Shown: positions 10,507 to 20,669, counted from the stretch's first letter. The stretch: DNA of 46,892 bases from Polaribacter sp. (GCA_030731625.1 JANQTQ010000137.1:1-46892), one strand, 5' to 3'. The notes: a model not told the origin generated them from the sequence alone. Translations and numbers: made by a program.

Positions 10507-10535
10507 AAATCCACCTCATTTGAGGTGGATTTTTT
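10507..10535 (+). terminator. Intrinsic terminator of the TBDR-lipoprotein operon
   Basis: AAATCCACCTCA-TT-TGAGGTGGATTT followed by T run. Confidence 0.85.
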
Positions 10536-10583
10536 ATTTATAAAATTAGTAACTTTACATCGATAAAAATCAACAAAACTTTT

Positions 10584-11006
10584 ATGAAAGACATACATTC
10601 TTATTGGGCTTATTTAGTTTTAGCAGTGTTAGTATTTGCTGTAGTAAACGCCATTATTGGGTTTACCCAAAAAAAACAATTTACAGATAAAGATTTACGC
10701 ATTGGTTTGTTTGCACTAATCCTTTCTCATATTCAATTATTAATTGGTTTAGGATGGTATTTTATGTCGCCATGGTTTCATATACTCAAATCTGATGTAA
10801 GTGCAGTGATGAAAGATAAAACACTAAGGTTGTTGACTGTAGAACACCCTACAATGATGATTTTGGCAATTGTATTTATTACTATTGGTTGGTCTAAGCA
10901 CAAGAAAAAAACAGAAGACACAGCAAAATTTAAAACCTTTGCAATTTTTTATGGAATAGGTTTAGTATGTATACTTTCTAGAATTCCTTGGAGTAATTGG
11001 ATATAA
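10584..11006 (+). CDS. Conserved four-TM membrane protein with intramembrane His residues
   Basis: Four hydrophobic segments; HSYWAY, SHIQLLIG, VEHP and SRIPW motifs. Confidence 0.8.
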   Translation: MKDIHSYWAYLVLAVLVFAVVNAIIGFTQKKQFTDKDLRIGLFALILSHIQLLIGLGWYFMSPWFHILKSDVSAVMKDKTLRLLTVEHPTMMILAIVFITIGWSKHKKKTEDTAKFKTFAIFYGIGLVCILSRIPWSNWI

Positions 11007-11008
11007 GT

Positions 11009-11740
11009 ATGAAAATAATAAGTTACATATTCTCATCAATTTTTGCACTAGTTTTCCTTTCATTATTGGTTATTTTTCATCCGCTTCAATGGATTAGTTT
11101 TAACCTTTTTGGACCTAAAGCACACTCAAAAATGGTGGCGTGTTTAAATTTTTCTTTGACAAAATCTTTGTTACTTCTTGGTGTACCTGTTAGGTTGATA
11201 AATAACCACAAGTTGCCAGAAAATACGACCATTATATTTGTGTCAAATCATCAATCAACTTTCGAAGTTGCACCTCTTGGATATTTTTTTAGAAAATACA
11301 ATGCTAAATTTGTGTCTAAAATAGAACTAGGAAAAGGGATACCAAGTGTATCTTACAACTTAAAAAAAGGAGGAGCAGCTCTCATTAATAGAAAAGATCC
11401 TAAACAAGCAATTTCAGAATTAATGGAATTTGCTAAAAGAATCAATAAAAACAAATGGAGCGCGGTTATTTTTCCAGAAGGAACGAGAAGTAGAAACGGA
11501 AAACCAAAATCTTTTGCTACAAACGGACTAAAAATACTTACAAAGTTTAATAAAGAAGGTTATATTGTACCTGTAACTATAAATAACTCTTGGAAAGTTT
11601 TTAAATATGGAAAATTTCCATTAGGTTTAGGTAGTCCAATTACAATTACTACTCATCACCCAATAAAAATCGATTCTTTGCCTTTTGATGAATTAATAGC
11701 TCAAACAGAAAAGGTTATAAAAGAACACATAAAACAATAA
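11009..11740 (+). CDS. plsC: 1-acyl-sn-glycerol-3-phosphate acyltransferase family protein
   Basis: SNHQS and IFPEGTRS motifs; start placed at ATG 11009, just after the upstream stop. Confidence 0.85.
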   Translation: MKIISYIFSSIFALVFLSLLVIFHPLQWISFNLFGPKAHSKMVACLNFSLTKSLLLLGVPVRLINNHKLPENTTIIFVSNHQSTFEVAPLGYFFRKYNAKFVSKIELGKGIPSVSYNLKKGGAALINRKDPKQAISELMEFAKRINKNKWSAVIFPEGTRSRNGKPKSFATNGLKILTKFNKEGYIVPVTINNSWKVFKYGKFPLGLGSPITITTHHPIKIDSLPFDELIAQTEKVIKEHIKQ

Positions 11741-11744
11741 AATG

Positions 11745-12725
11745 ATGTCTATAAAAAATATCAGAATAGAAGTAATGCAAACACTAGAAAAGAATATTGA
11801 TAGTTTTGTAGATAAATTTCTTATTCCTGCAGAAAAAATTTGGCAACCAACAGATTTTTTACCAAACTCACAAAAAGACACCTTTATTACTGAAGTAGAA
11901 GAAATAAGAGAACTTTCTAAAGAATTAGATGACGACTTTTGGGTAGTTTTAGTTGGTGACACAATTACAGAAGAAGCTCTACCAACCTACGAATCTTGGT
12001 TATTAGACTTAGATGGCGTAACACAACAACCAGATAATGGTTGGGCAAAATGGGTAAGAACTTGGACCGCAGAAGAAAACAGACATGGTGATGTTCTAAA
12101 CAAATATTTGTACTTATCTGGCCGAGTAAATATGCGCGAAGTAGAAATTACAACACAGCATTTAATTGCTGACGGTTTTGATATTGGTACAGCTTCAGAT
12201 CCTTACAAAAACTTTGTATATACAAGTTTTCAAGAGTTGGCAACCTACATTTCTCATAATAATGTAGCCAAAATTGCACGACAAAAAGGACACAAATCAT
12301 TAGCAAAAATGTCTAAAATTATTGCAGGAGATGAAATGCGTCATCATCAAGCATACTCGCAATTTGTAAAAGAAATTTTTAAGATCGATCCATCAGAAAT
12401 GATGTTGGCTTTTCAACACATGATGAAATACAAAATTGTAATGCCAGCAATGCATTTAAGAGAATCTTTTGGCGCAAAAGGTAGCTTGTTTGATGATTTT
12501 TCTACGGTAGCTCAAAGAGTTGGTGTGTACACTGGTTTCGATTATGTAGATATTATCCAAAAATTAAATACCATGTGGGAAATTGATAAAATTACAAATT
12601 TAACACCAGAAGCAGAAAAAGCTAGAGATTACCTTATGAAATTACCAGAAAGAATGTACAGAATTACAGAAAGAATCGTAGTTCCTAAAACAAAGTTTGA
12701 GTTTAAATGGATGATTCCGGCTTAA
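11745..12725 (+). CDS. Soluble di-iron acyl-ACP desaturase (plant/mycobacterial DesA type)
   Basis: WQPTDFLP, TEEALPTY, WTAEENRHG, YTSFQELAT and DEMRH; alternative start 11742. Confidence 0.93.
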   Translation: MSIKNIRIEVMQTLEKNIDSFVDKFLIPAEKIWQPTDFLPNSQKDTFITEVEEIRELSKELDDDFWVVLVGDTITEEALPTYESWLLDLDGVTQQPDNGWAKWVRTWTAEENRHGDVLNKYLYLSGRVNMREVEITTQHLIADGFDIGTASDPYKNFVYTSFQELATYISHNNVAKIARQKGHKSLAKMSKIIAGDEMRHHQAYSQFVKEIFKIDPSEMMLAFQHMMKYKIVMPAMHLRESFGAKGSLFDDFSTVAQRVGVYTGFDYVDIIQKLNTMWEIDKITNLTPEAEKARDYLMKLPERMYRITERIVVPKTKFEFKWMIPA

Positions 12726-12739
12726 AAAATTTAAATAAG

Positions 12740-12817
12740 TATTAGAAGCTATTTCCAGCTTTCCACTGTATCTTTTTGCCGAAAAAGCAAAAAGGATGCC
12801 GTTTCAATCTGGGCTAA
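12740..12817 (-). ncRNA. Structured dispersed element, Flavo-1 RNA motif-like (copy 2)
   Basis: Matches 396-473; inner stem CTTTTTGC-CGAAAAA-GCAAAAAG carries compensatory changes relative to copy 1. Confidence 0.6.
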
Positions 12818-12849
12818 GTCTATTTGCCAGTTTTTAGATATATTTATAG

Positions 12850-12887
12850 AATCCTTCAGCTTTAAAAGCTGAAGGATTTGTTTTTTT
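12850..12887. terminator. Terminator between convergent desaturase and amidase genes
   Basis: AATCCTTCAGCTTT-A-AAAGCTGAAGGATT followed by GTTTTTTT. Confidence 0.8.
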
Positions 12888-12926
12888 ATACGAATAGCGA
12901 TATTATTTCTATCAGTTTTAAAACAA

Positions 12927-13709
12927 TTAAAAACGGATTTCAAAAGAATCCATATCATTTAAAAAGCCCAATTTTTCTCTCAAGTTATTTTGATCTTTTT
13001 TACTGATAGTTGCCTTGATAATTCCAACATTATTTTTAGGTAATTTAGAAAGTTCTTCTCCTAAATAATCAATAAGTAACGAGTTTCCAGAATAGTCATA
13101 ATTATTAAAATCTTTCCCGGTTCTGTTAACACCAATAACATAGCTCATGTTTTCTATTGCACGCGCTTTTAAAAGGGTTTTCCAAGCTTTAATTCTTGTA
13201 ACTGGCCAATTTGCCATAAAAATTAAAAGATCGTAATTTTCTGTATTTCTAGCCCAAACAGGAAAACGCAAATCATAACAAATTAAAGGACAAATTTTCC
13301 ATCCTTTATAATCAACAATTAATTTTTCTTTACCAGAAGTATATACTTTATGCTCTCCAGCCAAAGTAAAGGAATGTCGTTTATCATAAGTTTCTATTTT
13401 TCCAGATGGATGTACAAAAACCAATCTATTAAAATACTTATTTTCATGACTTATTACCAAACTTCCAGTGATTGCAAATTGGTTTTCAATAGCCATTTTT
13501 ACCATCCAAGAAACGGATATTCCATCCATTTTTTCCGCAACATTTTCAGGTTTCATGGTAAAACCGGTGGTAAACATTTCTGGCAAAACAACTAAATCTG
13601 TATTTTTTGGGATTTCGTTTATTTTTTCTTCAAAAAAGGCTAAATTTTTCATCGGATTTTCCCAAAACAAATCAGCCTGAATACCAACAATATTCATTTT
13701 ATCAGTCAT
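12927..13709 (-). CDS. Nitrilase-family amidohydrolase (YafV/Nit2 omega-amidase-like)
   Basis: VLPEMFTTGF, YDKRH and ICYDLRFP give the Glu-Lys-Cys triad. Confidence 0.9.
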   Translation of the reverse strand: MTDKMNIVGIQADLFWENPMKNLAFFEEKINEIPKNTDLVVLPEMFTTGFTMKPENVAEKMDGISVSWMVKMAIENQFAITGSLVISHENKYFNRLVFVHPSGKIETYDKRHSFTLAGEHKVYTSGKEKLIVDYKGWKICPLICYDLRFPVWARNTENYDLLIFMANWPVTRIKAWKTLLKARAIENMSYVIGVNRTGKDFNNYDYSGNSLLIDYLGEELSKLPKNNVGIIKATISKKDQNNLREKLGFLNDMDSFEIRF

Positions 13710-13778
13710 TAAAATAAATTTAAAGATTAGAGATGTATAAATGTAAGTTTTTGTAATTTAGAAATCCAAAAAAAAGCT

Positions 13779-16517
13779 ATGCAATCTTTTATTTCTGAAA
13801 CTTTAGACGATATTTTACAAACTACAAATTCGTTTGAAAATGTAGTTTTCATTTTGCCATCACAAAGAGCAAAAGTGTTTGTAAAACAAACCTTTAAAGA
13901 TAAAATTTCTGTAGGTTTTTTACCAGAAATGTTAAATATAGAGCAGTTTATTCAGCAAATTTCTGGAGTGCAAAAAGCAGATTCTATTCAGTTATTATTT
14001 CATTTTTATACCATTTATAAAAGCGTAGAGAAGAATCCAGATTCTTTTGATACATTTTCTACTTGGGCATTAACCGTTTTACAAGATTTTAATGAAATTG
14101 ATCAGCACTTAATTGATACTAAAGATATTTTTACCTATTTAAGAGACATTGAACGTTTAAGAAAATGGTCTGTAAAAGGCACATTTAAAGAAACAGAATT
14201 AATTAAAGATCATTTTTCTTTTTTAGAAAAGTTAAATAATTATTATAATGCTTTTTATCAGTTTTTATTGAATGAAAATATTGGATATCAGGGATTAATG
14301 TACAGAGAAGCTGCTAAAAAAGTCGATGCTTTTCTAGATAAGAATACAACTAAAAAATTCTTTTTTATTGGTTTTAATGCACTTAATAAAGCAGAAGAAT
14401 TATTGTTTCAGAAAGTGTTAGAAAATGGGAATTCAGAAATTTATTGGGATATTGATGAGGCTTTTTTCAACTCAAATCATCAAGCAGGAAAATTCATCAG
14501 AAAATATAAAAAAGAGTGGAAATATTTTGAGAAAAACAAACTAAAAACGGTAAGCAATAATTTTTTATCAGCAAAGAAAATACAAGTTATTGGTGCTGCA
14601 AAAAACAATACTCAAATAAAATATATTGGTGAAATATTAGAAGAAAATCCAACACTTAAAAATACAGCTTTGGTTTTAGCAGATGAAACTTTGCTACCAA
14701 TTACACTAAATTCTTTACCCAAAAATATCAATGCAATAAATATTACAATGGGATATCCTTTAAAAGACATTCCAACTACAAGTTTATTATTTTCTATTTT
14801 TCAGTTATTTGTTTCGCAAGATAAATTGCAAAAAAGTAGTGTAAACGAGTTTTATTACAAAGATGTAATTCGCTTTTTTAAGCACCAATCTATGTATGGT
14901 ATTCTTACGAATATTGATGATTTTACATCACAAATTGCAACTGAAAATCAGACTTTTATAAATGAAACTTTACTTGAGAAATTTTTAGAGAATCAGCGTT
15001 TAGAAGTTAAAAACGTAATCTTACAGCTCTTTAAAAATTTTGAATCAGTTTCTAATTTTATAGAGCGAATTTTAAATGTAATCAATCTTTTAAAAGAAGA
15101 TATAAATGATTTAGAAAAAGAATATTTGTTCCGTTTTCATACTGTTTTTACCCAATTAAAAACTTTACAAGGAACCTTTGAATATTTTACAGATTTAAAA
15201 ACACTTGCACTCTTTTTTAGACAATTAATAGGTTCAGAAAGTTTGTCGTTTCAAGGAGAACCTCTAAAAGGTTTGCAATTAATGGGAATGTTAGAAACGC
15301 GTGTTTTAGATTTTGAAACTATTATTTTAGCTTCTGCAAATGAAGGTGTTTTGCCAGCAAGTAGTCAACAAAATTCTTTTATACCTTTTGATTTAAAAGT
15401 TGAATTTGGCTTGCCAACCTACAGAGAAAAAGATGCTATTTTTTCATATCATTTCTTTCGATTAATTCAAAGAGCTAAAAACGTTTTTATTCTGTATAAC
15501 ACAGAACATGATGTTTTTGGAAGCGGAGAAAAAAGCAGATTTGTGACCCAATTAGAAATGATGAGACCAGATATTTTTCAGAAAATTGTTTCGCCTAAAG
15601 TGCTTGCGCAAAAGACCGAACTAAAAGTGATTTCTAAAAATGAGTTGGTTTTTGATCGTTTAAAAGAATTAGCAAAACAAGGTTTTTCACCTTCGTCATT
15701 AACTAGTTATTTATACAATCCTGTTGGCTTTTACAAACAGAAAATTTTAAGAATTAAAGAATTTGATGATGTTGAAGAAACAGTTGCATTTAATACTTTG
15801 GGAACTGTTGTACATGAAACTTTAGACGAATTGTACAAACCATTTATTGGCCTTTTTTTAACTGTGGATGCTATTTTAGAAATGGAAAAAATAGCTAAAG
15901 ATTTGGTTGTAAAACATTTTAAGATACATTTTAAAAATGGCGATCTATCAACAGGAAAAAACCGTTTAATTTTTGAAGTTGCAAACAGATTTGTTTCTAA
16001 TTTTTTAGCGCAAGAAAAGGTGTTGTTAAAGGATAAAAATAATCAGTTGAAAATAATTGCAACAGAAGAAAATTTATCCGCAGAAATTGAAATTGATGGA
16101 ATTGATTTTCCTATAAAAATTCATGGAAATGTAGATAGAGTAGATGAGTTAAATGGCGAAATTAGAATTATAGATTACAAATCTGGGATGGTACAAAGTT
16201 CTGAGTTAAAAGTTTTAGATTTTGAGCAATTAAGAGCCAAAGAACAGTACAAATCGATACAAGTTTTACTGTATGCCTATTTGTTTTCAAAATCTAAAAA
16301 TTTTGATAATTCTAAAAGTTTAAAAGCAGGGATTTTTTCTTTTAAAAATCTGAATCAAGGGTTTTTAGCTATCAATTTTTCATCTAATTATAGAACTCCA
16401 GATTATATCATTACATCAGAAAAATTAGAAGATTTTATGACAGAGTTAAAAGAATATATCAAAGAAATTTACAATCCTGAAATAGATTTTATAGAGCCAG
16501 CAGATTTAAAATATTAA
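13779..16517 (+). CDS. AddB/RexB-like protein: inactivated helicase plus C-terminal PD-(D/E)XK nuclease
   Basis: LPSQRA, MGMLETRVLDF, SPSSLTSY, GTVVHETL and GNVDRVD...IIDYKSG. Confidence 0.85.
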   Translation: MQSFISETLDDILQTTNSFENVVFILPSQRAKVFVKQTFKDKISVGFLPEMLNIEQFIQQISGVQKADSIQLLFHFYTIYKSVEKNPDSFDTFSTWALTVLQDFNEIDQHLIDTKDIFTYLRDIERLRKWSVKGTFKETELIKDHFSFLEKLNNYYNAFYQFLLNENIGYQGLMYREAAKKVDAFLDKNTTKKFFFIGFNALNKAEELLFQKVLENGNSEIYWDIDEAFFNSNHQAGKFIRKYKKEWKYFEKNKLKTVSNNFLSAKKIQVIGAAKNNTQIKYIGEILEENPTLKNTALVLADETLLPITLNSLPKNINAINITMGYPLKDIPTTSLLFSIFQLFVSQDKLQKSSVNEFYYKDVIRFFKHQSMYGILTNIDDFTSQIATENQTFINETLLEKFLENQRLEVKNVILQLFKNFESVSNFIERILNVINLLKEDINDLEKEYLFRFHTVFTQLKTLQGTFEYFTDLKTLALFFRQLIGSESLSFQGEPLKGLQLMGMLETRVLDFETIILASANEGVLPASSQQNSFIPFDLKVEFGLPTYREKDAIFSYHFFRLIQRAKNVFILYNTEHDVFGSGEKSRFVTQLEMMRPDIFQKIVSPKVLAQKTELKVISKNELVFDRLKELAKQGFSPSSLTSYLYNPVGFYKQKILRIKEFDDVEETVAFNTLGTVVHETLDELYKPFIGLFLTVDAILEMEKIAKDLVVKHFKIHFKNGDLSTGKNRLIFEVANRFVSNFLAQEKVLLKDKNNQLKIIATEENLSAEIEIDGIDFPIKIHGNVDRVDELNGEIRIIDYKSGMVQSSELKVLDFEQLRAKEQYKSIQVLLYAYLFSKSKNFDNSKSLKAGIFSFKNLNQGFLAINFSSNYRTPDYIITSEKLEDFMTELKEYIKEIYNPEIDFIEPADLKY

Positions 16518-16551
16518 TGCGCGAGCTAATTTTAAATTTACTATAATAAAG

Positions 16552-16586
16552 AAGCCGTCTCAATACTAATTGAAACGGCTTTTTTT
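16552..16586. terminator. Bidirectional terminator between addB-like and usp genes
   Basis: AAGCCGTCTCAAT...ATTGAAACGGCTT plus T run; A-rich on the left. Confidence 0.75.
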
Positions 16587-16672
16587 ATATTTTTATAAAG
16601 TACCCTTATACAAGTGTATTTACAAATATGAAAATCTCATGAAATCCTTATAGGTTTAGAGACATTTTTTTC

Positions 16673-17464
16673 TTATTTTCCTTTTAAAACTAATAGCGGA
16701 ATGCTAGTATGGAATTCTTCTTTTAAAACGGTACTTTTTTCCCAAAGCTTATCAAAGAAGCCTCTTTTACGTCTAAAAACACACAACATATCTGGATGAA
16801 ATTGCTGAAAATGTTCTAAAACTCCTTGAAAAGTAGTGGCGTTTTCTGTAATCGTTAATGAAGTTTTTAATTTTTCTAAATCTTGGTTTAGTACTAAATC
16901 TTCATCCGTATAATCTGCTGTTTTAACTTGTAATAAATTTAATTCCGGTTGAAACGATTTTACTACAAATTGTAAAGGTTTTAAAGCTGTTTTGCTTTTT
17001 ACAACACCAGAATTAAAAGCCATTAAAATAGATTTAATAGGTGCAAATTTATATCCGTCAGGAACCGTTAAAATAGGGATATCTGTTTGTTTTACTAATT
17101 TTCCGGCAGTTTTACCTAAAAACACTTCCTCTCTAATTGAGTTGCTTCTAGCTCCTACAATTATTAAATCAATATCTAACTCGCTTTTAATAGTTTCTAC
17201 ACTATCAACTAGAGAGCCTTGAGCAGAAATTAACTTAACTTCTACATTTTTTGTGTTCACAGAATTTACTATTGCACGCAAATACAATTTTGTTTCGCGT
17301 TCAATAATTGTATTCATATTTTTCATTACTCCAGCTTTTGTTTGAGCACTATACGCTCTAAAAACAAAAATATTTGCATTTATTTCTGAAGCAAAATCAA
17401 TAGCATATTGCAGGTTATTTTGCGCACTATCTGTAGATCCAATTGGTACTAAAATGTTTTTCAT
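16673..17464 (-). CDS. Tandem-domain universal stress protein
   Basis: MKNILVP, DLIIVG, FLGKTAGKLV and IPILTVP; -7 box TAACTTTG at 17484-17491 (minus). Confidence 0.9.
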   Translation of the reverse strand: MKNILVPIGSTDSAQNNLQYAIDFASEINANIFVFRAYSAQTKAGVMKNMNTIIERETKLYLRAIVNSVNTKNVEVKLISAQGSLVDSVETIKSELDIDLIIVGARSNSIREEVFLGKTAGKLVKQTDIPILTVPDGYKFAPIKSILMAFNSGVVKSKTALKPLQFVVKSFQPELNLLQVKTADYTDEDLVLNQDLEKLKTSLTITENATTFQGVLEHFQQFHPDMLCVFRRKRGFFDKLWEKSTVLKEEFHTSIPLLVLKGK

Positions 17465-17559
17465 AATACAAAATTAAAGAGTACAAAGTTACTTATTTTT
17501 TGGGAAGTAAACTCTTTTAAATATTCAATCTATATGTACATTTGTAAAAAACTCTTTTT

Positions 17560-18891
17560 TTGAAAACCAGTATAAGTTTTACATCTATTCACAAATTAGC
17601 AATTCCGGCTTTAATTGCAGGTGTAGCTGAGCCTTTATTATCAATCACAGACACTGCAATTATTGGCCATATAGATATAAACGCTACAGAGAGTTTAGCT
17701 GCAGTTGGCATTGTTGGAGCATTTATTTCTATGCTTGTTTGGGTTTTTGGACAAATAAGAAGTGCCATTTCTTCTATTATTTCTCAATATGTTGGTGCCA
17801 ATAAATTGGATGAAATACATACGCTGCCAGCACAAGCAATAACAATAATAGTTGCAGCAAGTTTATTGATTTTGGCAATTTCATATCCTTTTGCCTCACA
17901 AATTTTTCAGTTTTATAATGCATCTGGTGTCGTTTTAGAGTATTGCATTCTGTATTTTAAAATTAGAATTTTCGGATTTCCTTTTTCTCTTTTTGTATTT
18001 GCTGTCTTTGGAATTTTTAGAGGTTTGCAAAACACCTACTACCCAATGATTATTGCAATATGTGGAGCCTTGTTAAACATTGTTTTGGATGTTGCTTTTG
18101 TATACGGAATTGAAGGTTTTATACCAGCAATGAATATAGAAGGAGCGGCATATGCAAGTGTAATTGCGCAAATGATGATGGCAATAATTGCGTTCATTTT
18201 ATTGATAAAAAAAACTAATATTTCATTAAAAATTAGTTTGCCTTTACATAAAGAAATTCCAACTTTATTAAACATGATTGGCAACTTGTTTGTGCGTACA
18301 ATTGCACTTAATACTGCCTTGTATTTTGCAACAGCATTTGCTACAGATTACGGCAAAGAATATATTGCAGCATACACAATTGGTTTAAATCTTTGGCTGT
18401 TAGGCGCTTTTATGATTGATGGGTTTTCTAGTGCGGGCAATATTTTATCAGGTAAATTGTTGGGAGCAAAAGACTATAAAACGTTAGTTGATTTAAGTAA
18501 AAAACTTACCAAATATGGTTTTTTCATGGGTGTTATTATTGTAGCTTTTAGCTTTTTATTTTATGATTCAATTGGTTTGTTTTTCACTAAAGATGCCTTA
18601 GTTTTAAAACAGTTTTATAATGTTTTTTGGATAGTAATCTTAACACAACCCATAAGTGCAATTACCTTTATTTTTGACGGAATGTTTAAAGGAATGGGAG
18701 AAATGAAATATTTAAGAAATGTGTTAATTTTATCAACAGGATTCGTTTTTATACCAACACTTTTCTTTTTTGATTGGTTAGATTTTAAATTAGTTGCCAT
18801 TTGGATTGCTTTTACATTCTGGATGTTAGCACGCGGAATTCCGTTAATTATAAAGTTTAGAAATAAGTTTATTCCGCTTGCAAATGAGTGA
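17560..18891 (+). CDS. MATE family efflux transporter (DinF-like)
   Basis: LAIPA, PLLSITDTAIIGH, FRGLQNT and GAAYAS; about 12 TM segments; TTG start; -7 box TACATTTG at 17537-17544. Confidence 0.9.
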   Translation: MKTSISFTSIHKLAIPALIAGVAEPLLSITDTAIIGHIDINATESLAAVGIVGAFISMLVWVFGQIRSAISSIISQYVGANKLDEIHTLPAQAITIIVAASLLILAISYPFASQIFQFYNASGVVLEYCILYFKIRIFGFPFSLFVFAVFGIFRGLQNTYYPMIIAICGALLNIVLDVAFVYGIEGFIPAMNIEGAAYASVIAQMMMAIIAFILLIKKTNISLKISLPLHKEIPTLLNMIGNLFVRTIALNTALYFATAFATDYGKEYIAAYTIGLNLWLLGAFMIDGFSSAGNILSGKLLGAKDYKTLVDLSKKLTKYGFFMGVIIVAFSFLFYDSIGLFFTKDALVLKQFYNVFWIVILTQPISAITFIFDGMFKGMGEMKYLRNVLILSTGFVFIPTLFFFDWLDFKLVAIWIAFTFWMLARGIPLIIKFRNKFIPLANE

Positions 18892-19056
18892 TTTTAATTT
18901 AAAATCATCCTCAATTATAATTAGTTCAATGTCAATAAATTAATTAGCTTCATATAGAATTTAAAAGTTATAACACTATTTGTAATGGCTTTTTTTATTT
19001 GTTTATCTTGTACACTTTATTGTTTGATGTAAAAAATTAGGTTTTGTCTCATTTTT

Positions 19057-19071
19057 CGGAACGCTTATTGC
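19057..19071 (+). promoter_or_regulatory. Putative sigma54 -24/-12 promoter CGGAACGCTTATTGC
   Basis: Canonical GG-N10-GC spacing with TTGC, upstream of the kinase. Confidence 0.45.
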
Positions 19072-19180
19072 TGTTTGTAAAAAGAAAAATCTAGTTTTCT
19101 ATGTGTTGATTTTTTTACAATAAAGTTGATTTTGATGACACTTTAATAATGAAAACAAAAAGAATAAAAACAGATTAAAT

Positions 19181-20638
19181 TTGAGAATTTTTAAAAACAT
19201 ATCGCTTAGAATACGCATCTTTTTATCTATGATTTTATTGGTGTTACTAGCATCCATATTAATTTTAGGTGTAACTGTTTATCAATATGATGAGCAAACT
19301 AAAGATTATAATATTCAACGTTTTGAACGTAAAGAAGCTACTACACAAGAAACTATCGAGTTAGAATTAACAAATAAAACTAGCTATTTAGTAAATACCG
19401 AAAATTTATCAAAAATATTTCAAGAGCGTATTTATGAAATTTCATCCATCAATAAATTAAATATTTCAATTTTTGATTTGAAAGGTAATTTCTTAGTTTC
19501 CTCTAAAACCAATGCTTTTGAAACATCTGTAATAAAACCATTAGATCTTAAAATATTAAATGAATTAACTCAAAATTCTAGTCATAAAATATTAAAGAGT
19601 AGAGAAGAAGATGGAGTTGGCTATCAAACTTCCTACTCTTATATTAACGATCCTAAATTTAAAAGAATCGGTATTTTAGAAATGCAGTTTACGCAAGATA
19701 ATTCTGAGATAGAACATGAACTTAGAGAATTTATTTACAGGTTAGGTTTGGTGTATTTATTAATGTTTATCATTGCAATTGCGTTGGCTTATTTTTTATC
19801 AAGTTATATAACAAGATCCATACAAACTATTTCTGATAAAATGCAACAAACACGTTTAAATCAGCGTAATGAAAAAATTATATTAAATGCAGCAAGTTCA
19901 GAAATTGAGGTTTTAGTTGATGCTTATAATAGTATGATTGATCAACTTGAAGAAAGTGCCGTAAGATTAGCAAAAAGCGAACGTGAACAAGCTTGGCGAG
20001 AAATGGCAAAACAAGTGGCACATGAAATTAAAAATCCTTTAACACCAATGCGTTTGTCTGTGCAAAGTTTTGAACGTAAGTTTAATCCTGAGGATGAAAA
20101 CATTAGAGAAAAATTAGCAGAATATAGTAAAACTTTAATTCAACAAATAGATGTAATGAGTTCTATTGCCTCTGCTTTTTCTGATTTTGCGAAGATGCCA
20201 ACTCAAAAAAGAGAAAAAATTGAGATTATTAGCGTTGTAAAATTAGCCTTAGATATTTTTAACGAAGATTTTATTCGTTATTCGCCAAAAGAAGAAGAGT
20301 TATTTGCCAACTTAGATAAAACTCAATTGATAAGAATTGTAACTAATTTGGTTAAAAATGCTTTGCAAGCATCAGAAAATCAAGAAAACCCTAGTATTGA
20401 TGTGGTTGTTTTATCAGAAAAAAATAATGTAAAAATTATTGTGAGCGATAACGGAAAAGGAATTCCAGATAATTTAAAAGGGTATGTATTTGATCCAAAG
20501 TTTACAACAAAATCTAGCGGAATGGGTTTAGGCTTAGGAATTATAAAAAACATCATAGAAGCGTATGATGGTACTATTTCTTTTACATCTGAAGAAGGAA
20601 TAGGAACCGTTTTTACCGTAATTTTACCAAAAATATAA
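19181..20638 (+). CDS. Membrane sensor histidine kinase, NtrY-like (HAMP, HisKA, HATPase)
   Basis: Two TM segments, AWREMAKQVAHEIKNPLTP H-box, NLVKNA, DNGKGI and FTTKSSGMGLGL. Confidence 0.93.
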   Translation: MRIFKNISLRIRIFLSMILLVLLASILILGVTVYQYDEQTKDYNIQRFERKEATTQETIELELTNKTSYLVNTENLSKIFQERIYEISSINKLNISIFDLKGNFLVSSKTNAFETSVIKPLDLKILNELTQNSSHKILKSREEDGVGYQTSYSYINDPKFKRIGILEMQFTQDNSEIEHELREFIYRLGLVYLLMFIIAIALAYFLSSYITRSIQTISDKMQQTRLNQRNEKIILNAASSEIEVLVDAYNSMIDQLEESAVRLAKSEREQAWREMAKQVAHEIKNPLTPMRLSVQSFERKFNPEDENIREKLAEYSKTLIQQIDVMSSIASAFSDFAKMPTQKREKIEIISVVKLALDIFNEDFIRYSPKEEELFANLDKTQLIRIVTNLVKNALQASENQENPSIDVVVLSEKNNVKIIVSDNGKGIPDNLKGYVFDPKFTTKSSGMGLGLGIIKNIIEAYDGTISFTSEEGIGTVFTVILPKI

Positions 20639-20669
20639 ATATTTAAACCTTTATCTTAAATAATAGAAT

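Noticed and set aside
12749-12958. 69-aa minus-strand ORF
   Set aside because: Runs through a terminator and the Flavo-1-like repeat; no protein-like signal
13779-16517. PD-(D/E)XK protein as a defence nuclease or Cas4
   Set aside because: Size and motifs fit housekeeping AddB; no Fe-S cysteines and no cas, methylase or island context
19149-19178. 9-codon ORF MKTKRIKTD before the kinase as a leader peptide
   Set aside because: Too short to support; no attenuator structure or regulatory codon run seen
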